NCBI GenBank assembly: GCA_963748625.1 | Contig: CAVVJT010000003.1 | Location: 160,001 to 224,000 of the forward strand | DNA length: 64,000 nt | Source: an uncultured Chloroflexia bacterium | GTDB taxonomy: Bacteria; Chloroflexota; Limnocylindria; Limnocylindrales; CSP1-4 | Direction of reading: 5' to 3' | Shown here: positions 29,706-41,794 of the stretch, one piece after another | How positions within the stretch are numbered: position 1 is the first letter of the stretch | Layout of the letters: the number at the start of each line of letters is the position of its first letter | Position numbers and translations under genes: made by a program | The notes under the pieces: model-generated | Database searches by the model: none | What the model was told of the DNA's origin: nothing | The model's input: only the letters and a program-made list of their open reading frames with translations

Positions 29706-30292
29706 CGCTTGCCTCCCTTGCCCTGCGGCGGGTGCGAGGCCTTCGGGTGCTTCTGGCCGCTCGGCCGGTCGACGCCCTTGGGTCCTCCGGAGCGGCGGCG
29801 CACCGGCTTTGTGCCGGGCGGCGGGAGGCGCTCCGCCGCCGCTGCACCGAACTCGTCTCCCGGGTCCTCGGATCCGGGCGCCGCGTCGTGGTGGAGCCGC
29901 TTCACCGGGGTGGGCAGGGACTCGTCGAACGGCTCGATCTCAAGCGGTTCCACGCCGGACTCCAGCTCCTGGAGCAGGTGCAGGACACGTGTGCCACGCT
30001 CGGCGGAGTCGTCGAGCCGCACGTGGAGAGCCGGGATTCGCCGGATGCGCAGCCGCTTGCCCAGCTCGCGCCGGATGAACGGCATGGCGTCGGCGAGCGC
30101 GCGCAACGTCTCGTCGCGATCGCCCTTGCCGCCGATGACGCTGACCCACACCTTGGCGTGGCCCAGGTCCGGGCTGGTCTCCACGTCCGTGATGGTCGCG
30201 AACCCGATCCTCGGATCCGAGACCTCTTTCGTGAGGAGCGCGCCGATCTCCTGCCGGAGCAGCTCGTCGACGCGCTCGGTGCGCTGGCTCAT
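29702..30292 (-). CDS. rbfA: Ribosome-binding factor A with long C-terminal tail
   Basis: RTERVDELLRQEI..DPRIGFATITDVETSPDL.HAKVWVS..IRRIPAL. Confidence 0.95.
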   Translation of the reverse strand: MSQRTERVDELLRQEIGALLTKEVSDPRIGFATITDVETSPDLGHAKVWVSVIGGKGDRDETLRALADAMPFIRRELGKRLRIRRIPALHVRLDDSAERGTRVLHLLQELESGVEPLEIEPFDESLPTPVKRLHHDAAPGSEDPGDEFGAAAAERLPPPGTKPVRRRSGGPKGVDRPSGQKHPKASHPPQGKGGKR

Positions 30293-30317
30293 CGCTTGGT
30301 CTCCCCGACCGGGGCCG

Positions 30318-32228
30318 TCAGCCGGTGATGCGGCTCTTGGCCTGGTGCGTGAAGCACTCGATGATGTCGCCCTCCACCTGGTCGTTCCAGCCCTCGAGGC
30401 CGATACCGCACTCGTAGTTCTGGGCGACCTCGCGGACGTCGTCACGGAACCGGCGGAGCGACTCGATCCGCTGGTCGTTGGCCACGATCCTGCCACCACG
30501 CCACACCCGGGCGAACCCGTTGCGCACGATGCGGCCGTCGGTGACGAAGCAGCCGGCGATGACGGTGACCTTGCCCACCTTGAAGAGCTGGCGCACCTCG
30601 GCGCGGCCCTCGATGACCTCCACGATCTCCGGCTCGAGCATGCCCTTGAGGGCGGCGTCGATGTCGTCGGTGAGCTTGTAGATGATGTCGTAGAGGCGGA
30701 CATCCACACCGTCCGCCTCGGCCGCCCGGCGGGCGGTCTCGGTGATACCGGTGCTGAAGCCCACGACGATGGCATTCGACGCGGTCGCGAGCATGATGTC
30801 GTTGTCGGTGATGTCCCCCGCGGCCTCGTGGAGGATGTTGATCTTCACCTCGTCCGTGGACAGCTGCTGCAGCGCATGGTCGATCGCGCCCAGCGAGCCC
30901 GACACGTCGGACTTGAGGATGATCCGCAGCTCCTTGGCCTGGCCGGCCTGGATCTGGCGGTAGAGGTCCTCCAGGGTCGCGCGCCCGGAACCCGCGCCGG
31001 CCGCCTGGGCCGCCGCGATCTTCTTGGCCTCGACCTGGTCACGGGCCACCATCACGTCCTTGACGACGCGCAGGATGTCGCCGGCCTCGGGGACGTCTGA
31101 CAGGCCGAGGATCACGGCCGCGGACGCGGGGCCCGCCTTCGTGATGCGCTTGCCCGTGGAGCTCTCGAGGGCCTTGATCTTGCCGTAGCTGGTGCCGGCG
31201 ACCACGACGTCGCCCACGCGCAGGGTGCCCGTCTGGACGATGATCGTGGCGACGGCGCCGCGACCCTTGTCCAGGCGCGCCTCGATGACCGTGCCCACGG
31301 CATCGCGCTTGGGGTTCGCCTTGAGCTCCTGGAGGTCGGCGACCAGCAGGATGATCTCGAGCAACTCGGGGATGCCCACGCGGGTCTTGGCCGACACCGG
31401 CACGAGCGGCGTGTCGCCGCCGTAGTCCTCGACCACGACGCCGGCCTCGGCCAGCTCGTTCTTGACCCGGTCCGTGTTGGCATCCGGCTTGTCGATCTTG
31501 TTCATCGCGATGACGAGCGGGACCTTCGCCGCCTTCGCGTGGCTGATCGCCTCGAGCGTCTGGGGCATGACGCCGTCGTCCGCCGCGACCACGATCACCG
31601 CGATGTCCGTGACCTTGGCGCCTCGGGCGCGCATCGAGGTGAACGCCTCGTGGCCCGGGGTGTCGAGGAAGACGACGCGCTTGCCGTCCTTCGTGGTCAC
31701 CTCGGACGCGCCGATGTGCTGGGTGATGCCACCACGCTCGCCCGCCGCGACGGTGGTCGAGCGGATGGCGTCAAGCAGGCTCGTCTTGCCGTGGTCCACG
31801 TGGCCCATGACGGTGACGATCGGGGCCCGCGGGAGGAGGTCCTTGGGATCGTCCGCCTCCTCGTCCCAGAGCTGCACCTTGGCAGCCTCCGCGGCGGGGG
31901 CGCTGTCCTCGTCCTCGTCCTCGTCGACGGCGCCCTCCTCGGCGATCTCGTAGCCGAGCTCCTCGGCGACGAGCGACGCGGTGTCGCGATCGATCAGCTG
32001 GTTGATCGTGGCGAAGATGCCGCTCTTGATGAGCTCGCGGATGATGTCCGCGGGGCTCACACCCAGCAGCTCTGCGAGCTCCTTGACGGTGATCGTCGAC
32101 GGCAGCTCGACTGCGCCACGCTCGCTCGGATCGATAATTGCGACGCCACCCGGCGTGAACGCGCCTGCGCGTCGCGGGGGCTTGCGAGGGCCTCGACGGC
32201 CGCGGGTGCCGCTCCTACTCCTGGCCAT
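30318..32228 (-). CDS. infB: Translation initiation factor IF-2
   Basis: [34 protein letters not shown]. Confidence 0.98.
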   Translation of the reverse strand: MARSRSGTRGRRGPRKPPRRAGAFTPGGVAIIDPSERGAVELPSTITVKELAELLGVSPADIIRELIKSGIFATINQLIDRDTASLVAEELGYEIAEEGAVDEDEDEDSAPAAEAAKVQLWDEEADDPKDLLPRAPIVTVMGHVDHGKTSLLDAIRSTTVAAGERGGITQHIGASEVTTKDGKRVVFLDTPGHEAFTSMRARGAKVTDIAVIVVAADDGVMPQTLEAISHAKAAKVPLVIAMNKIDKPDANTDRVKNELAEAGVVVEDYGGDTPLVPVSAKTRVGIPELLEIILLVADLQELKANPKRDAVGTVIEARLDKGRGAVATIIVQTGTLRVGDVVVAGTSYGKIKALESSTGKRITKAGPASAAVILGLSDVPEAGDILRVVKDVMVARDQVEAKKIAAAQAAGAGSGRATLEDLYRQIQAGQAKELRIILKSDVSGSLGAIDHALQQLSTDEVKINILHEAAGDITDNDIMLATASNAIVVGFSTGITETARRAAEADGVDVRLYDIIYKLTDDIDAALKGMLEPEIVEVIEGRAEVRQLFKVGKVTVIAGCFVTDGRIVRNGFARVWRGGRIVANDQRIESLRRFRDDVREVAQNYECGIGLEGWNDQVEGDIIECFTHQAKSRITG

Positions 32229-32571
32229 GGGCTCCTCCTTCGTCGGAAGTCAGGGATCCGCGGGCCGGCATTGCGGGCCCCGTGGGGCCGGCCGCCAGGG
32301 CCGCCGCGAGATCGGTGGGGATGGTGGTCTTGAGCGCGTGCTCGAGGGCACGCTTGCGGGCGGCCTGGTCCCAGCAGGACGCGTTCCGGCAAAGGTACGC
32401 GCCGCGGCCGGGGAGCCGCCCGGAGTGGTCGATGGTGACGGTGCCGGCGGGGGTTCGCACGATGCGCACGAGCTCCCGCTTGGGCCGAGGGGTACGGCAG
32501 GCAACGCAACTCCGCTCAGGGAGCCGACGCGGCGAGGAAGGCCGGGACTTACCGGCCGTCGCCGGGCCTAC
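32215..32571 (-). CDS. ylxR: YlxR/RnpM family RNA-binding protein; probable non-canonical start
   Basis: PERSCVACR..KRELVRIVR..GRGAYLC; no in-frame ATG/GTG/TTG before the Cys motif; SD 7 nt before GTA at 32571. Confidence 0.85.
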   Translation of the reverse strand, partial: VGPATAGKSRPSSPRRLPERSCVACRTPRPKRELVRIVRTPAGTVTIDHSGRLPGRGAYLCRNASCWDQAARKRALEHALKTTIPTDLAAALAAGPTGPAMPARGSLTSDEGGAHGQE

Positions 32572-33917
32572 GACGACACCTCCTCGGAGGACTTCTTCCG
32601 GGACTTCTTCACCGGGGCGGCGGGCGCCGCTTCGGGCTCAGGGGTAGCTTCCGCGGCGGGCGCCGCTTCGGGCTCAGGGGTAGCTTCCGCGGCGGGCGCC
32701 GCTTCGGGCTCAGGGGTAGCTTCCGCGGCGGGCGCCGCTTCGGGCTCCGGCGCGGGCTCGCTGGCCGGTTCCGGCTCGAAGGCCTCCTCGGGTGCGGGCC
32801 CAGGCTCGCTCACGGCGGAAGGATCCGGCGCGCTCACGGCGGCAGGCTCCGGCTCGGGCTCAGGTGCCGGGGCCGGTTCCACGGGCAGCGCGTCGCTGCG
32901 GATGTCGATCCGCCAGCCGGTGAGGCGGGCGGCCAAGCGGGCGTTCTGACCCTCCCGGCCGATCGCAAGTGAGAGCATCCGCTCGGGAACCGTGACGCTG
33001 GCGACCCGGTTCGCCTCGTCCACCGTCACGCCGAGCACCTGGGCGGGCGAGAGCGCGTTCGCGACGAACACCGACGCGTCGTCGCTCCACGGGATGACGT
33101 CGATCTTCTCGCCCGCGAGCTCCGCGACCACCGCCTGCACGCGCGCGCCACGCTGGCCGACGGTTGCGCCGACCGGGTCCAGCCCGTCCTGGCGGGAGGC
33201 CACGGCCACCTTGGAGCGCGATCCCGCCTCGCGGGAGATCGCCTTGATCTCGACGGTGCCGGCGTGGATCTCGGGCACCTCCAGCTCGAAGAGCCGGCGC
33301 AGGAAGCCCTTGTGGGTGCGCGAGACCATGATCTGGGGGCCGCGGGCCGAGCGGCGCACCTCCAGCACGAAGGCCTTCACGGGCTGGCCGATGCGGTAGT
33401 GCTCGAGCGGGCTCTGCTCACTGGTGGCGAGCACCGCCTCTGCGCCTTTGCCCACGTCGAGGATGATCGCGCGTGGCTCCACGCGGGACACGGACCCCGT
33501 GATCAGCTCACCCTCGCGCGACGCGAACTGGTCGAACATCTGGTCGCGCTCGACCTCGCGCATGCGCTGCAGGATGATCTGCTTGGCGGTCTGAGCGCCG
33601 ATCCGACCGTACTTCTCCGCGTCGAGCTGCTCGATCTCGAGCACCGCACCTACGTGGATATCCGGGTTGGACTCACGGGCCTCTGCGAACGAGATCTCCA
33701 GGTCGGGGTTCTCAATCTCATCGACGACGTGGCGCCCGCGGTAGACGCGGATCTCCCCCGTGCCCGCCTCGACCTTGACGAAGATGTCCTCCTCGCCCGC
33801 CACGCGCCGGTAGGCCGCCTGGATGCCCTCCTCGACCGCGCGGATGAGCGCCGACTGGCTGACCTGCTTCTCGGCGTTGAGCTGGAGGAGCGCACCGACG
33901 AAGTCGCGACTCATCAT
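32568..33917 (-). CDS. nusA: Transcription termination/antitermination factor NusA
   Basis: GRIGAQTAKQ, LFELEVPEI, REAGSRSKVAV, EKIDVI, AIGREGQNARLA. Confidence 0.97.
   Translation of the reverse strand: MMSRDFVGALLQLNAEKQVSQSALIRAVEEGIQAAYRRVAGEEDIFVKVEAGTGEIRVYRGRHVVDEIENPDLEISFAEARESNPDIHVGAVLEIEQLDAEKYGRIGAQTAKQIILQRMREVERDQMFDQFASREGELITGSVSRVEPRAIILDVGKGAEAVLATSEQSPLEHYRIGQPVKAFVLEVRRSARGPQIMVSRTHKGFLRRLFELEVPEIHAGTVEIKAISREAGSRSKVAVASRQDGLDPVGATVGQRGARVQAVVAELAGEKIDVIPWSDDASVFVANALSPAQVLGVTVDEANRVASVTVPERMLSLAIGREGQNARLAARLTGWRIDIRSDALPVEPAPAPEPEPEPAAVSAPDPSAVSEPGPAPEEAFEPEPASEPAPEPEAAPAAEATPEPEAAPAAEATPEPEAAPAAEATPEPEAAPAAPVKKSRKKSSEEVSS
32617..32747. repeat. 36-bp coding tandem repeat, about 3.6 copies (EATPEPEAAPAA), in the NusA tail
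   Basis: gcggcgggcgccgcttcgggctcaggggtagcttcc repeated exactly. Confidence 0.95.
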
Positions 33918-33960
33918 GCGCCTCCCTGCTGCCTGCGTCCGTGTACAAGGCTTTCGACAC

Positions 33961-33990
33961 AAAGAAACGTGGGTTGGTCACCCACGTTCG
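33961..33990 (-). promoter_or_regulatory. Leader hairpin with U-rich tail upstream of nusA (attenuator-like)
   Basis: Minus strand AACGTGGG-TGACCAA-CCCACGTT-TCTTT. Confidence 0.6.
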
Positions 33991-34016
33991 GTGGCGGCCT
34001 CGCGGTATTGCCGGGG

Positions 34017-34046
34017 AGTATACACCCGGGCGCGTGGACGACTCAA
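34017..34046 (-). promoter_or_regulatory. Sigma-70-type promoter of the nusA operon
   Basis: TTGAGT-18 nt-TATACT. Confidence 0.6.
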
Positions 34047-34341
34047 TCGCACCCCGGGAAGCCGGGTCACTCGGCCCCCGGCCCGGATGCGCGGCCAGCG
34101 TGCGCACGGGCGGGTGCCCTGCGGTTCCTGCGCGCCTGGCGCGCAGGATCGATGCTCCAGGGCCCGGGAGGCGCGGAGATGCATGCTGGGCGCGCAGGAA
34201 TGACGGGCCACGCTCCGGTAGGCACGCCCGGCGCGCACCGGCACGGGCGGGGCCAGGGCCGGCGCGGGCCTGGGCGGGGGCCAGCAGGAGATGGGAGGCT
34301 CCCCTGCTGGACGCAAGCCTCCCCGCCCACGACACGGCCCG

Positions 34342-34917
34342 TCAGCCCGGACCGAGATCTGCCGATGGGCGATGGTGCGCCTCGCCGCCAGCCGTGAAGA
34401 ACGGCTGTTGCCGCCAGCCGAACACGCCTGCGAGCAGGCTTCCGGGCACCTGGTGGATCCGCGTGTTGTAGCGGTAGACCTGGTCGTTGTAGAGCTCGCG
34501 CCGGTCGGCGATGACATCCTCGAGGCGGGCGATCTCCGCCTGGAGGCCCGCCACGTTGTCCGCCGACTTCACCTCGGGATACCGCTCGACAACCGCGAGC
34601 AGCTGCCGCACCGCCCTCGTCGTAGCCTCGCTGGTCGTCGCCTGGCTCGGGATGGGCTCGCTGTCCGAGTAGGCCGCTCGCTGGGCCGTCACCTCCGTGA
34701 GGACCTCGCGCTCGAAGGCCATGAGGTCGCGCACCGCCTCCACGAGGTTCGGGAGCTCGTCGTGTCGCTGCTTGAGGGCGACGTCGATGTTCGCCCACGC
34801 CTTGGCGATGCGGTTCCGGAGCGCGACGACGTCGTTGTACGTGGTCACGACGAGGAACGCGACCACCGCGATGACGACGGCGACCGCGAACAGCGCGGCC
34901 AGGGTGTTCAGGGGCAT
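34342..34917 (-). CDS. lemA: LemA family protein
   Basis: N-terminal TM, YNDVVALRN, AWANIDVALKQRHD..PNLV, ERYPEVK, RRELYND.V..YN. Confidence 0.92.
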   Translation of the reverse strand: MPLNTLAALFAVAVVIAVVAFLVVTTYNDVVALRNRIAKAWANIDVALKQRHDELPNLVEAVRDLMAFEREVLTEVTAQRAAYSDSEPIPSQATTSEATTRAVRQLLAVVERYPEVKSADNVAGLQAEIARLEDVIADRRELYNDQVYRYNTRIHQVPGSLLAGVFGWRQQPFFTAGGEAHHRPSADLGPG

Positions 34918-34937
34918 GGCGCGGACATCATCGCGGA

Positions 34938-36005
34938 TCAGGCTCCCGCGAGGAGTGCCGCACCGCAGACCGCCGAGACGATCGCGAGCACGGCGCCGAG
35001 CAGCCCCACGAGGAAGGTGCCCCGGTGGCGTGCCGCCACCTCGGCTGGCGCACCCCAAGCCACGAGCAGCGGCGCATCCGGCGCGGAGGCGATGACCAGG
35101 AGGTCGGGCTCGATGTCGAAGGTGACCTCGATCTCCGCTGCCTCGGCCGGCGTCGCCAGGGCCGGCGGGCGGGCGGCCGGATCCAGCTCCGGCGGTCGCA
35201 CCGGTCGGCCGATCCCGAACCCGGGGATCGCGGCATTGCCCCAGGCCTCCTCGGGGTTCAGCAGGGTTCCCGCGGCACGGGCCTCCGCGATGTCGGCTGC
35301 GATGGCGGCGTCGGCAAGGGCGCCGAGCGGGTCAAGGGACCCATCTAGCGCATCGGCCGTCGCCGGGTCCTCCAGCGTCGAGAAGGGTCGGGCCGTCCCT
35401 ACCACAGTGATCACGTCGCCCGGCTCCAGGCGGGCCTCGATGAACCGCCGCCCGTCGTCCGCGCCGAAGCCGCCGTCCAACCCCGGCAGGTCACCCGCCG
35501 GCGCCGCCGGCTGGACGGTGAGCAGCGCCGTGATCGCCGCCTCACGATCCACGGAGGGCTCGGCCATGACCACGGCGGTCCTGCGGGGCGCGAGCCCCGG
35601 CGGCAGGTCGCCCATGAGCCCGGCTTGCTCGTTGAAGCGGTCGGGGACGTCCAGGCGGGCATCGCGCGGGAAGACGCGGATGGAGCCCGACGCATCACGC
35701 ACGCGGAACCCGATCCCTCGCTCCTCCTTGAAGGTCGTCACGTCGTTCCGCCCCGACGTCTCCACGCGCGAGCGGTACCAGACGCACTCGCGGTCCTGGA
35801 GCGGCGAGCGCAGGAGCACCTCCGCCGTCTCGACCACGCCCGTCACGCGGACCTCGCCAGCCGCCAGCGTGGCGATCCGCGACGTGCTGAGACCCTCCAC
35901 CAGCGCGCCGGACCGATGCCCCATGAGGCCGCGCCAGAGGACGACAATTCCGCCGGCCATGCCGACCGCGCACAACATGAGCAGGAAGGGCTCGGGCTGG
36001 CTCAC
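34938..36005 (-). CDS. GIDE-domain-like membrane protein
   Basis: TM helices at both ends; LRSPLQDRECVWYR..FRVRDASG; EARLEPGD.ITVVG; next to lemA. Confidence 0.6.
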   Translation of the reverse strand: MSQPEPFLLMLCAVGMAGGIVVLWRGLMGHRSGALVEGLSTSRIATLAAGEVRVTGVVETAEVLLRSPLQDRECVWYRSRVETSGRNDVTTFKEERGIGFRVRDASGSIRVFPRDARLDVPDRFNEQAGLMGDLPPGLAPRRTAVVMAEPSVDREAAITALLTVQPAAPAGDLPGLDGGFGADDGRRFIEARLEPGDVITVVGTARPFSTLEDPATADALDGSLDPLGALADAAIAADIAEARAAGTLLNPEEAWGNAAIPGFGIGRPVRPPELDPAARPPALATPAEAAEIEVTFDIEPDLLVIASAPDAPLLVAWGAPAEVAARHRGTFLVGLLGAVLAIVSAVCGAALLAGA

Positions 36006-36035
36006 CTGGCGCGGCTCCCCGCCTCACCCGCGCGC

Positions 36036-37271
<1,236 letters not shown>

Positions 37272-37273
37272 GG

Positions 37274-38368
37274 TCAGTTGCCCCCGCCCAACTGCCTGGC
37301 GATGTCGAACACGGTGATCCAGATGAGGAAGCTGAATAGGGCGACGAACCCGATCGCGTACGTCAACTGCTCGGCGCGCAGCGAGATCCGCGCCCCGACG
37401 CCCGGGATGGCCTTGAGGAGCAGGACCATGATCCGGCCGCCATCCAAGGGCGGGAACGGCAGGATGTTGACCAGGGCCAGGTTGGCCGACAGGAGGCCCG
37501 CCATGTAGAGCACGTAGAGGGGGCCGAGGTTCCAGAGGATGTCGCCGACCTGGAAGGCGATGCCCACGGGACCCGCGGCGGGCGGGGCCGTGGTCGGGTT
37601 GGTCACGATGGACCGCCCGAGGTCGCCGAGACCGCCGAGGATCATGGTGAAGGCGTCGATCGTGCGCTGCCAGCCGATCTGCACCGCCTCGAGGAACGAG
37701 CGCTCGACGGTGCCGACCTGAGTGCCCGCCAGCTTGCCGATGCCCAGGGCGCCCTCGTTCTCGTTCGCCGGAACCCGCAGCGTGACGGTGTAGTCCGTGT
37801 ACGTGCCATCAGGATGGGCGACGCCGATGACCACGGTCTGGCCGGCGAGCGTCCGCAGGTCCTCGGTGGGGAACTGCTGCTCGAAGGCGGAGTAGGTCCT
37901 GCCGTTGACGCTCACGACCGTGTCGCCCGGCTGCAGGCCGATGGTCTCGGCCGGCGACCCTGCGACCACCTCCCCGACCGTCACGCCGATGGCAGGCTCG
38001 CCCCAGAACGCGATACCCGTGAAGATCACGAAGGAGAGCAGCAGGTTCATCGCGACGCCCGCGACCAGGATCACGACCTTCATCGGGAGCCGCTGGTTCG
38101 AGAAGGAGCGAGGGTCATCGGCCTCGTCGCCGTCCTCGCCCTCGAGCTTCACGAAACCGCCGATCGGCAGCCAGTTGAGCGTGTAGAGGGTCTCGCCACC
38201 CTGCTTGATGACTTTCGCCCGCGGCGGAAAGCCGATTCCAAACTCGAGCACCTTGACCTTGGCGGCGCGCGCGGTCACGAAGTGGCCGATCTCGTGGATC
38301 AGGACGAGGCCGCCCAGCACGAGGATGAAGACGACGATCGTCCCGAGGGACTGGAGCAGCTCGACCAT
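37274..38368 (-). CDS. rseP: RIP metalloprotease RseP (M50 family, PDZ domain)
   Basis: [28 protein letters not shown]. Confidence 0.93.
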   Translation of the reverse strand: MVELLQSLGTIVVFILVLGGLVLIHEIGHFVTARAAKVKVLEFGIGFPPRAKVIKQGGETLYTLNWLPIGGFVKLEGEDGDEADDPRSFSNQRLPMKVVILVAGVAMNLLLSFVIFTGIAFWGEPAIGVTVGEVVAGSPAETIGLQPGDTVVSVNGRTYSAFEQQFPTEDLRTLAGQTVVIGVAHPDGTYTDYTVTLRVPANENEGALGIGKLAGTQVGTVERSFLEAVQIGWQRTIDAFTMILGGLGDLGRSIVTNPTTAPPAAGPVGIAFQVGDILWNLGPLYVLYMAGLLSANLALVNILPFPPLDGGRIMVLLLKAIPGVGARISLRAEQLTYAIGFVALFSFLIWITVFDIARQLGGGN

Positions 38369-39589
38369 CTAGTTCACCGGTCCTGTCGCGAAGGCGGCGC
38401 GGACCTCGAGGTCGAGGGCGACGAGGCTCTCGATGTCAGGCGCCTGGTCGGGACCCTCGCCGAAGCGGCGCACCGCCGCCTCGAGGAGACGTGGGATCCC
38501 GGGGAAGTCCAAGGTTCGATCAAGGAACCGCGCGACGGCCACCTCGTCGGCGGCGATCAGCGCGGCGGATGCCCGTGGCCCCAGGCGGCCGGCATCGCGC
38601 GCGATGCGCAGAGCCGGGAAACGCCCCTCATCGGGAGCACGGAAGTCGAGGCGGGCGGACGCAACAAGATCCGGCGGCGTCGACGGGGACGGGAGCCGGT
38701 CGGGGTGCGTCAGCGAGTACTGGATGGGAATGCGCATGTCGGGGGTGCCCAGCTGGGCCTTGAGCGAGCCGTCCACGAACAGGACGGCCGAGTGCACGAC
38801 GCTCTGCGGGTGGACGACGACGTCGATCGCGTCATAGGCCACATCGTAAAGCCAGTGCGCCTCGATGACCTCCAGGCCCTTGTTGGCGAGCGTTGCGGAG
38901 TCGATCGTGATCTTGGCCCCCATGGTCCACGTCGGGTGCTTGAGCGCCCGCTCCGGGGTGATGGACGCGAACTCGTCGCTCGGGGTTTCCAGGAACGGGC
39001 CGCCCGAGGCGGTCAGCACCAGGCGTGCCACCCGTGACATCGATTCGCCCACGAGGCACTGCCAGATGGCCGAGTGCTCGGAATCGATGGGGCGGAGCCA
39101 GGCCAGCGGCGTCGCAAGGGGGTCGTACGCGTCTGCCGCGGCGCGTGTCGCGGCCTGGCGGCGGGCCTCGGCCATCACCAGGTGACCGCCGGCGACGAGG
39201 GTCTCCTTGTTCGCGGTGGCCACGACCTTGCCGGCTTCGAGCGCTGCGAGCGTCGGGCGGAGCGACACCACGCCGCCGGTACCTACGATCACGAGGTCCA
39301 CGTCGTCGCGGGTGGCCAGGTTGAGCAGGGCATCTTCGCCCCGGACCCGGACCACCCCGGACGGAAGGTCGAGGCTCGCGCCGTCGTCCGCGAGCGCCAC
39401 GGCCCTCGGGTGCAGCCTGGCCGCCTGGGCCTCGAGCTCCGCGGCATTCCGGCCTGTCGCGAGCGCGACGACCTCGAACCGGTCGGCGTGCGCCTCGAGG
39501 ACCTCGACGGTCTGGCGGCCGATGCTGCCCGTCGAGCCGAGCAGGGCGACCCGCAGCCGCCCGCGGTCAGCGAGCGAGCGCGACGACAT
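38369..39589 (-). CDS. dxr: 1-deoxy-D-xylulose-5-phosphate reductoisomerase
   Basis: [49 protein letters not shown]. Confidence 0.97.
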   Translation of the reverse strand: MSSRSLADRGRLRVALLGSTGSIGRQTVEVLEAHADRFEVVALATGRNAAELEAQAARLHPRAVALADDGASLDLPSGVVRVRGEDALLNLATRDDVDLVIVGTGGVVSLRPTLAALEAGKVVATANKETLVAGGHLVMAEARRQAATRAAADAYDPLATPLAWLRPIDSEHSAIWQCLVGESMSRVARLVLTASGGPFLETPSDEFASITPERALKHPTWTMGAKITIDSATLANKGLEVIEAHWLYDVAYDAIDVVVHPQSVVHSAVLFVDGSLKAQLGTPDMRIPIQYSLTHPDRLPSPSTPPDLVASARLDFRAPDEGRFPALRIARDAGRLGPRASAALIAADEVAVARFLDRTLDFPGIPRLLEAAVRRFGEGPDQAPDIESLVALDLEVRAAFATGPVN

Positions 39590-40391
39590 ACAGCGCGACC
39601 ACGGGACCGGCGAACAGGAAGGAGTCGATCCGGTCGAGGATGCCGCCGTGACCCGGGATGAGCGTCCCGGAGTCCTTGGCGCCGGCGGCACGCTTGAGCA
39701 TCGACTCGGCGAGGTCGCCGGCCTGGGCCGCCAGCGCCAGGACCGGGCCGAGGATGAGGCCGCCGAGGGCGTTCTGGCCCAGAAGTGCCAGCATCAGCGT
39801 AGTCACCATCGTGGACGCCACGATGCCACCGATCAGGCCCTCGATGGACTTGGACGGTGAGATGTGGGTGAGGAACTTGTGCCGGCCGATCTGGCTGCCG
39901 ACGAGGTACGCGCCCGTGTCGTAGGACCAGACGCCCAGGACGAGCAGGAGGACCCAGCCGCGCTCCGCCTGGATCGGCGCCAGCAGAGCGCTCGAGGGGA
40001 GGTCAGGTGCCACCGCAGCGACCTGCAGGACGAAGGCGATGAGGCCCACGTACACCGCCCCGAACACGGTGGCGAACCAGACGACGAGGCCGTCACGAGG
40101 ATCCTGCTGGGTGAAGGCCCCCACGCCCGCGAGCACCGTGCCGAGGCCGACCAGCAGCAGGCCCTTGTCACCGAGCGGCTGCAGGAACGCCTCCAGCACG
40201 AACGTCACGGCGAGGACGGTGCCGAACAGGCTCAGCGACGGGTAGCCCGCCATCTTGAGCAGCTTGAACACCTCGGTCCCGCCGACGACGGCGAGTACCA
40301 CCAGGAGCGCGGCGATCCCAGGCAGGCCGAGCGCCACCGCGACCAGCAGCACCGGGACGATCACGAGCGCGGACAGGCCGCGGGTCTTCAT
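39567..40391 (-). CDS. cdsA: Phosphatidate cytidylyltransferase
   Basis: [44 protein letters not shown]. Confidence 0.95.
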   Translation of the reverse strand: MKTRGLSALVIVPVLLVAVALGLPGIAALLVVLAVVGGTEVFKLLKMAGYPSLSLFGTVLAVTFVLEAFLQPLGDKGLLLVGLGTVLAGVGAFTQQDPRDGLVVWFATVFGAVYVGLIAFVLQVAAVAPDLPSSALLAPIQAERGWVLLLVLGVWSYDTGAYLVGSQIGRHKFLTHISPSKSIEGLIGGIVASTMVTTLMLALLGQNALGGLILGPVLALAAQAGDLAESMLKRAAGAKDSGTLIPGHGGILDRIDSFLFAGPVVALYVVALAR

Positions 40392-40404
40392 GCGGGGGTC
40401 TCCC

Positions 40405-41220
40405 CTAGCGGCCGAAGCGGCGCGTGCGGCTGGCGAACTCCTGCAGCGCGGCGTCGAACGCGTCAGGTCCGAAGTCCGGCCACAGGCAGTCGGTGAAGAC
40501 GAGCTCCGCGTACGCGGACTGCCAGATCAGGAAGTTGCTGATCCGCTGCTCACCGCCGGTGCGGATGACGAGATCAGGATCCGGCAGGCCGCCGGTGTAC
40601 AGCGCATCTGAGATGGCGCGTTCGTCCACCTGGTCAGCGGGCACGCCCGAGGCGACAAGCTTCCGGACGGCGTCCACGAGCTCGGTGCGGCCGGCGTAGT
40701 TCCAGGCGATGTTGAGGTTGAGGCGGGCACCTGAGGCCGTCCGTTCGACGGCCCCGTCGATGGCGTCGCGGGTGTCCTGCGGGAGCTCCTCCATCCGCCC
40801 GAGCACCCGGACGTGCACGCCCTCCTGCGCCAGCTCGTCGGTCTCGCTCGCGATGGCGCGTCCGAGGAGGTCGAACAGGCCGCTGACCTCCTCATCCGAG
40901 CGGGCCCAGTTCTCGCGGCTGAAGGCGTACAGCGTGAGCATCGGGACGCCTCGGGTGACGGCGTGGCGGAGGAGGCCGCGGACGGCCTCCATCCCGGCGG
41001 CGTGCCCCTCGAAGTCCGGGAGCCCACGCGCCTTCGCCCAGCGCCGGTTGCCATCCATGATGATGGCGACGTGGCGCGGCAACTCCTCGGCTGGCAGCAA
41101 CGGCACCTCGGCCGCGGGCATGCCGGTCTCCGGCACCGCGCCGTCCGCCCCGTCCACGTGGGCGAGCGGCGGGGCGTCCGTGGGACGCGCGAGCGAGCGA
41201 TCGAGCGGCGCCTGGGCCAC
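40405..41220 (-). CDS. uppS: Isoprenyl/undecaprenyl diphosphate synthase
   Basis: [40 protein letters not shown]. Confidence 0.96.
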   Translation of the reverse strand: MAQAPLDRSLARPTDAPPLAHVDGADGAVPETGMPAAEVPLLPAEELPRHVAIIMDGNRRWAKARGLPDFEGHAAGMEAVRGLLRHAVTRGVPMLTLYAFSRENWARSDEEVSGLFDLLGRAIASETDELAQEGVHVRVLGRMEELPQDTRDAIDGAVERTASGARLNLNIAWNYAGRTELVDAVRKLVASGVPADQVDERAISDALYTGGLPDPDLVIRTGGEQRISNFLIWQSAYAELVFTDCLWPDFGPDAFDAALQEFASRTRRFGR

Positions 41221-41777
41221 TAGACCTCCATGACCTCCTGCTCCTTGGCCCCGCCCACGCGATCGACATCGGCGACGATCCGGTCGGTGATCTTCTGGAG
41301 CTGCTCCAGCTCACGGCGGGCCTCGTCGGCGCCGATCGAGCCGTCCTTCTCTTCCTTCTTGATGTGGTCGTTCGCGTCGCGGCGCAGGCCGCGGATCTCG
41401 ACCTTCGCCTCCTCCATCCGCTTGTGGACGGTCTTGACGATGTCCTTGCGACGCTCCTCGGTGAGGGGCGGGATGTTGAGGCGGATGACGGTGCCATCGA
41501 CATTCGGCATGAGGCCGATGTCACTCTTCATGATCGCCTTCTCCATCGGGCCGAGCACCCCGCGATCCCATGGCTGGATCACGATCTGGTGCGGCTCCGG
41601 CACGGAGATCGACGCGAGCTGGTTGAGCGGCGTCTGCGTCCCGTAGTAGTCGACGTGGATGCGCTCCACCAGCGCGGTGGAGGCGCGGCCGGTCCGGAGG
41701 CCCTGGAAGTCGCGCTCCATGGCCTCGACGGCGCGGTGCATCTTGTGCTCCGCGGCCGCAAGGATCTCGCTGGTCAT
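41220..41777 (-). CDS. frr: Ribosome recycling factor
   Basis: RTGRAS, VDYYG..TPLNQLA, IPPLTEERRK. Confidence 0.97.
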   Translation of the reverse strand: MTSEILAAAEHKMHRAVEAMERDFQGLRTGRASTALVERIHVDYYGTQTPLNQLASISVPEPHQIVIQPWDRGVLGPMEKAIMKSDIGLMPNVDGTVIRLNIPPLTEERRKDIVKTVHKRMEEAKVEIRGLRRDANDHIKKEEKDGSIGADEARRELEQLQKITDRIVADVDRVGGAKEQEVMEV

Positions 41778-41794
41778 CGGATCGTCCTCTTGGC

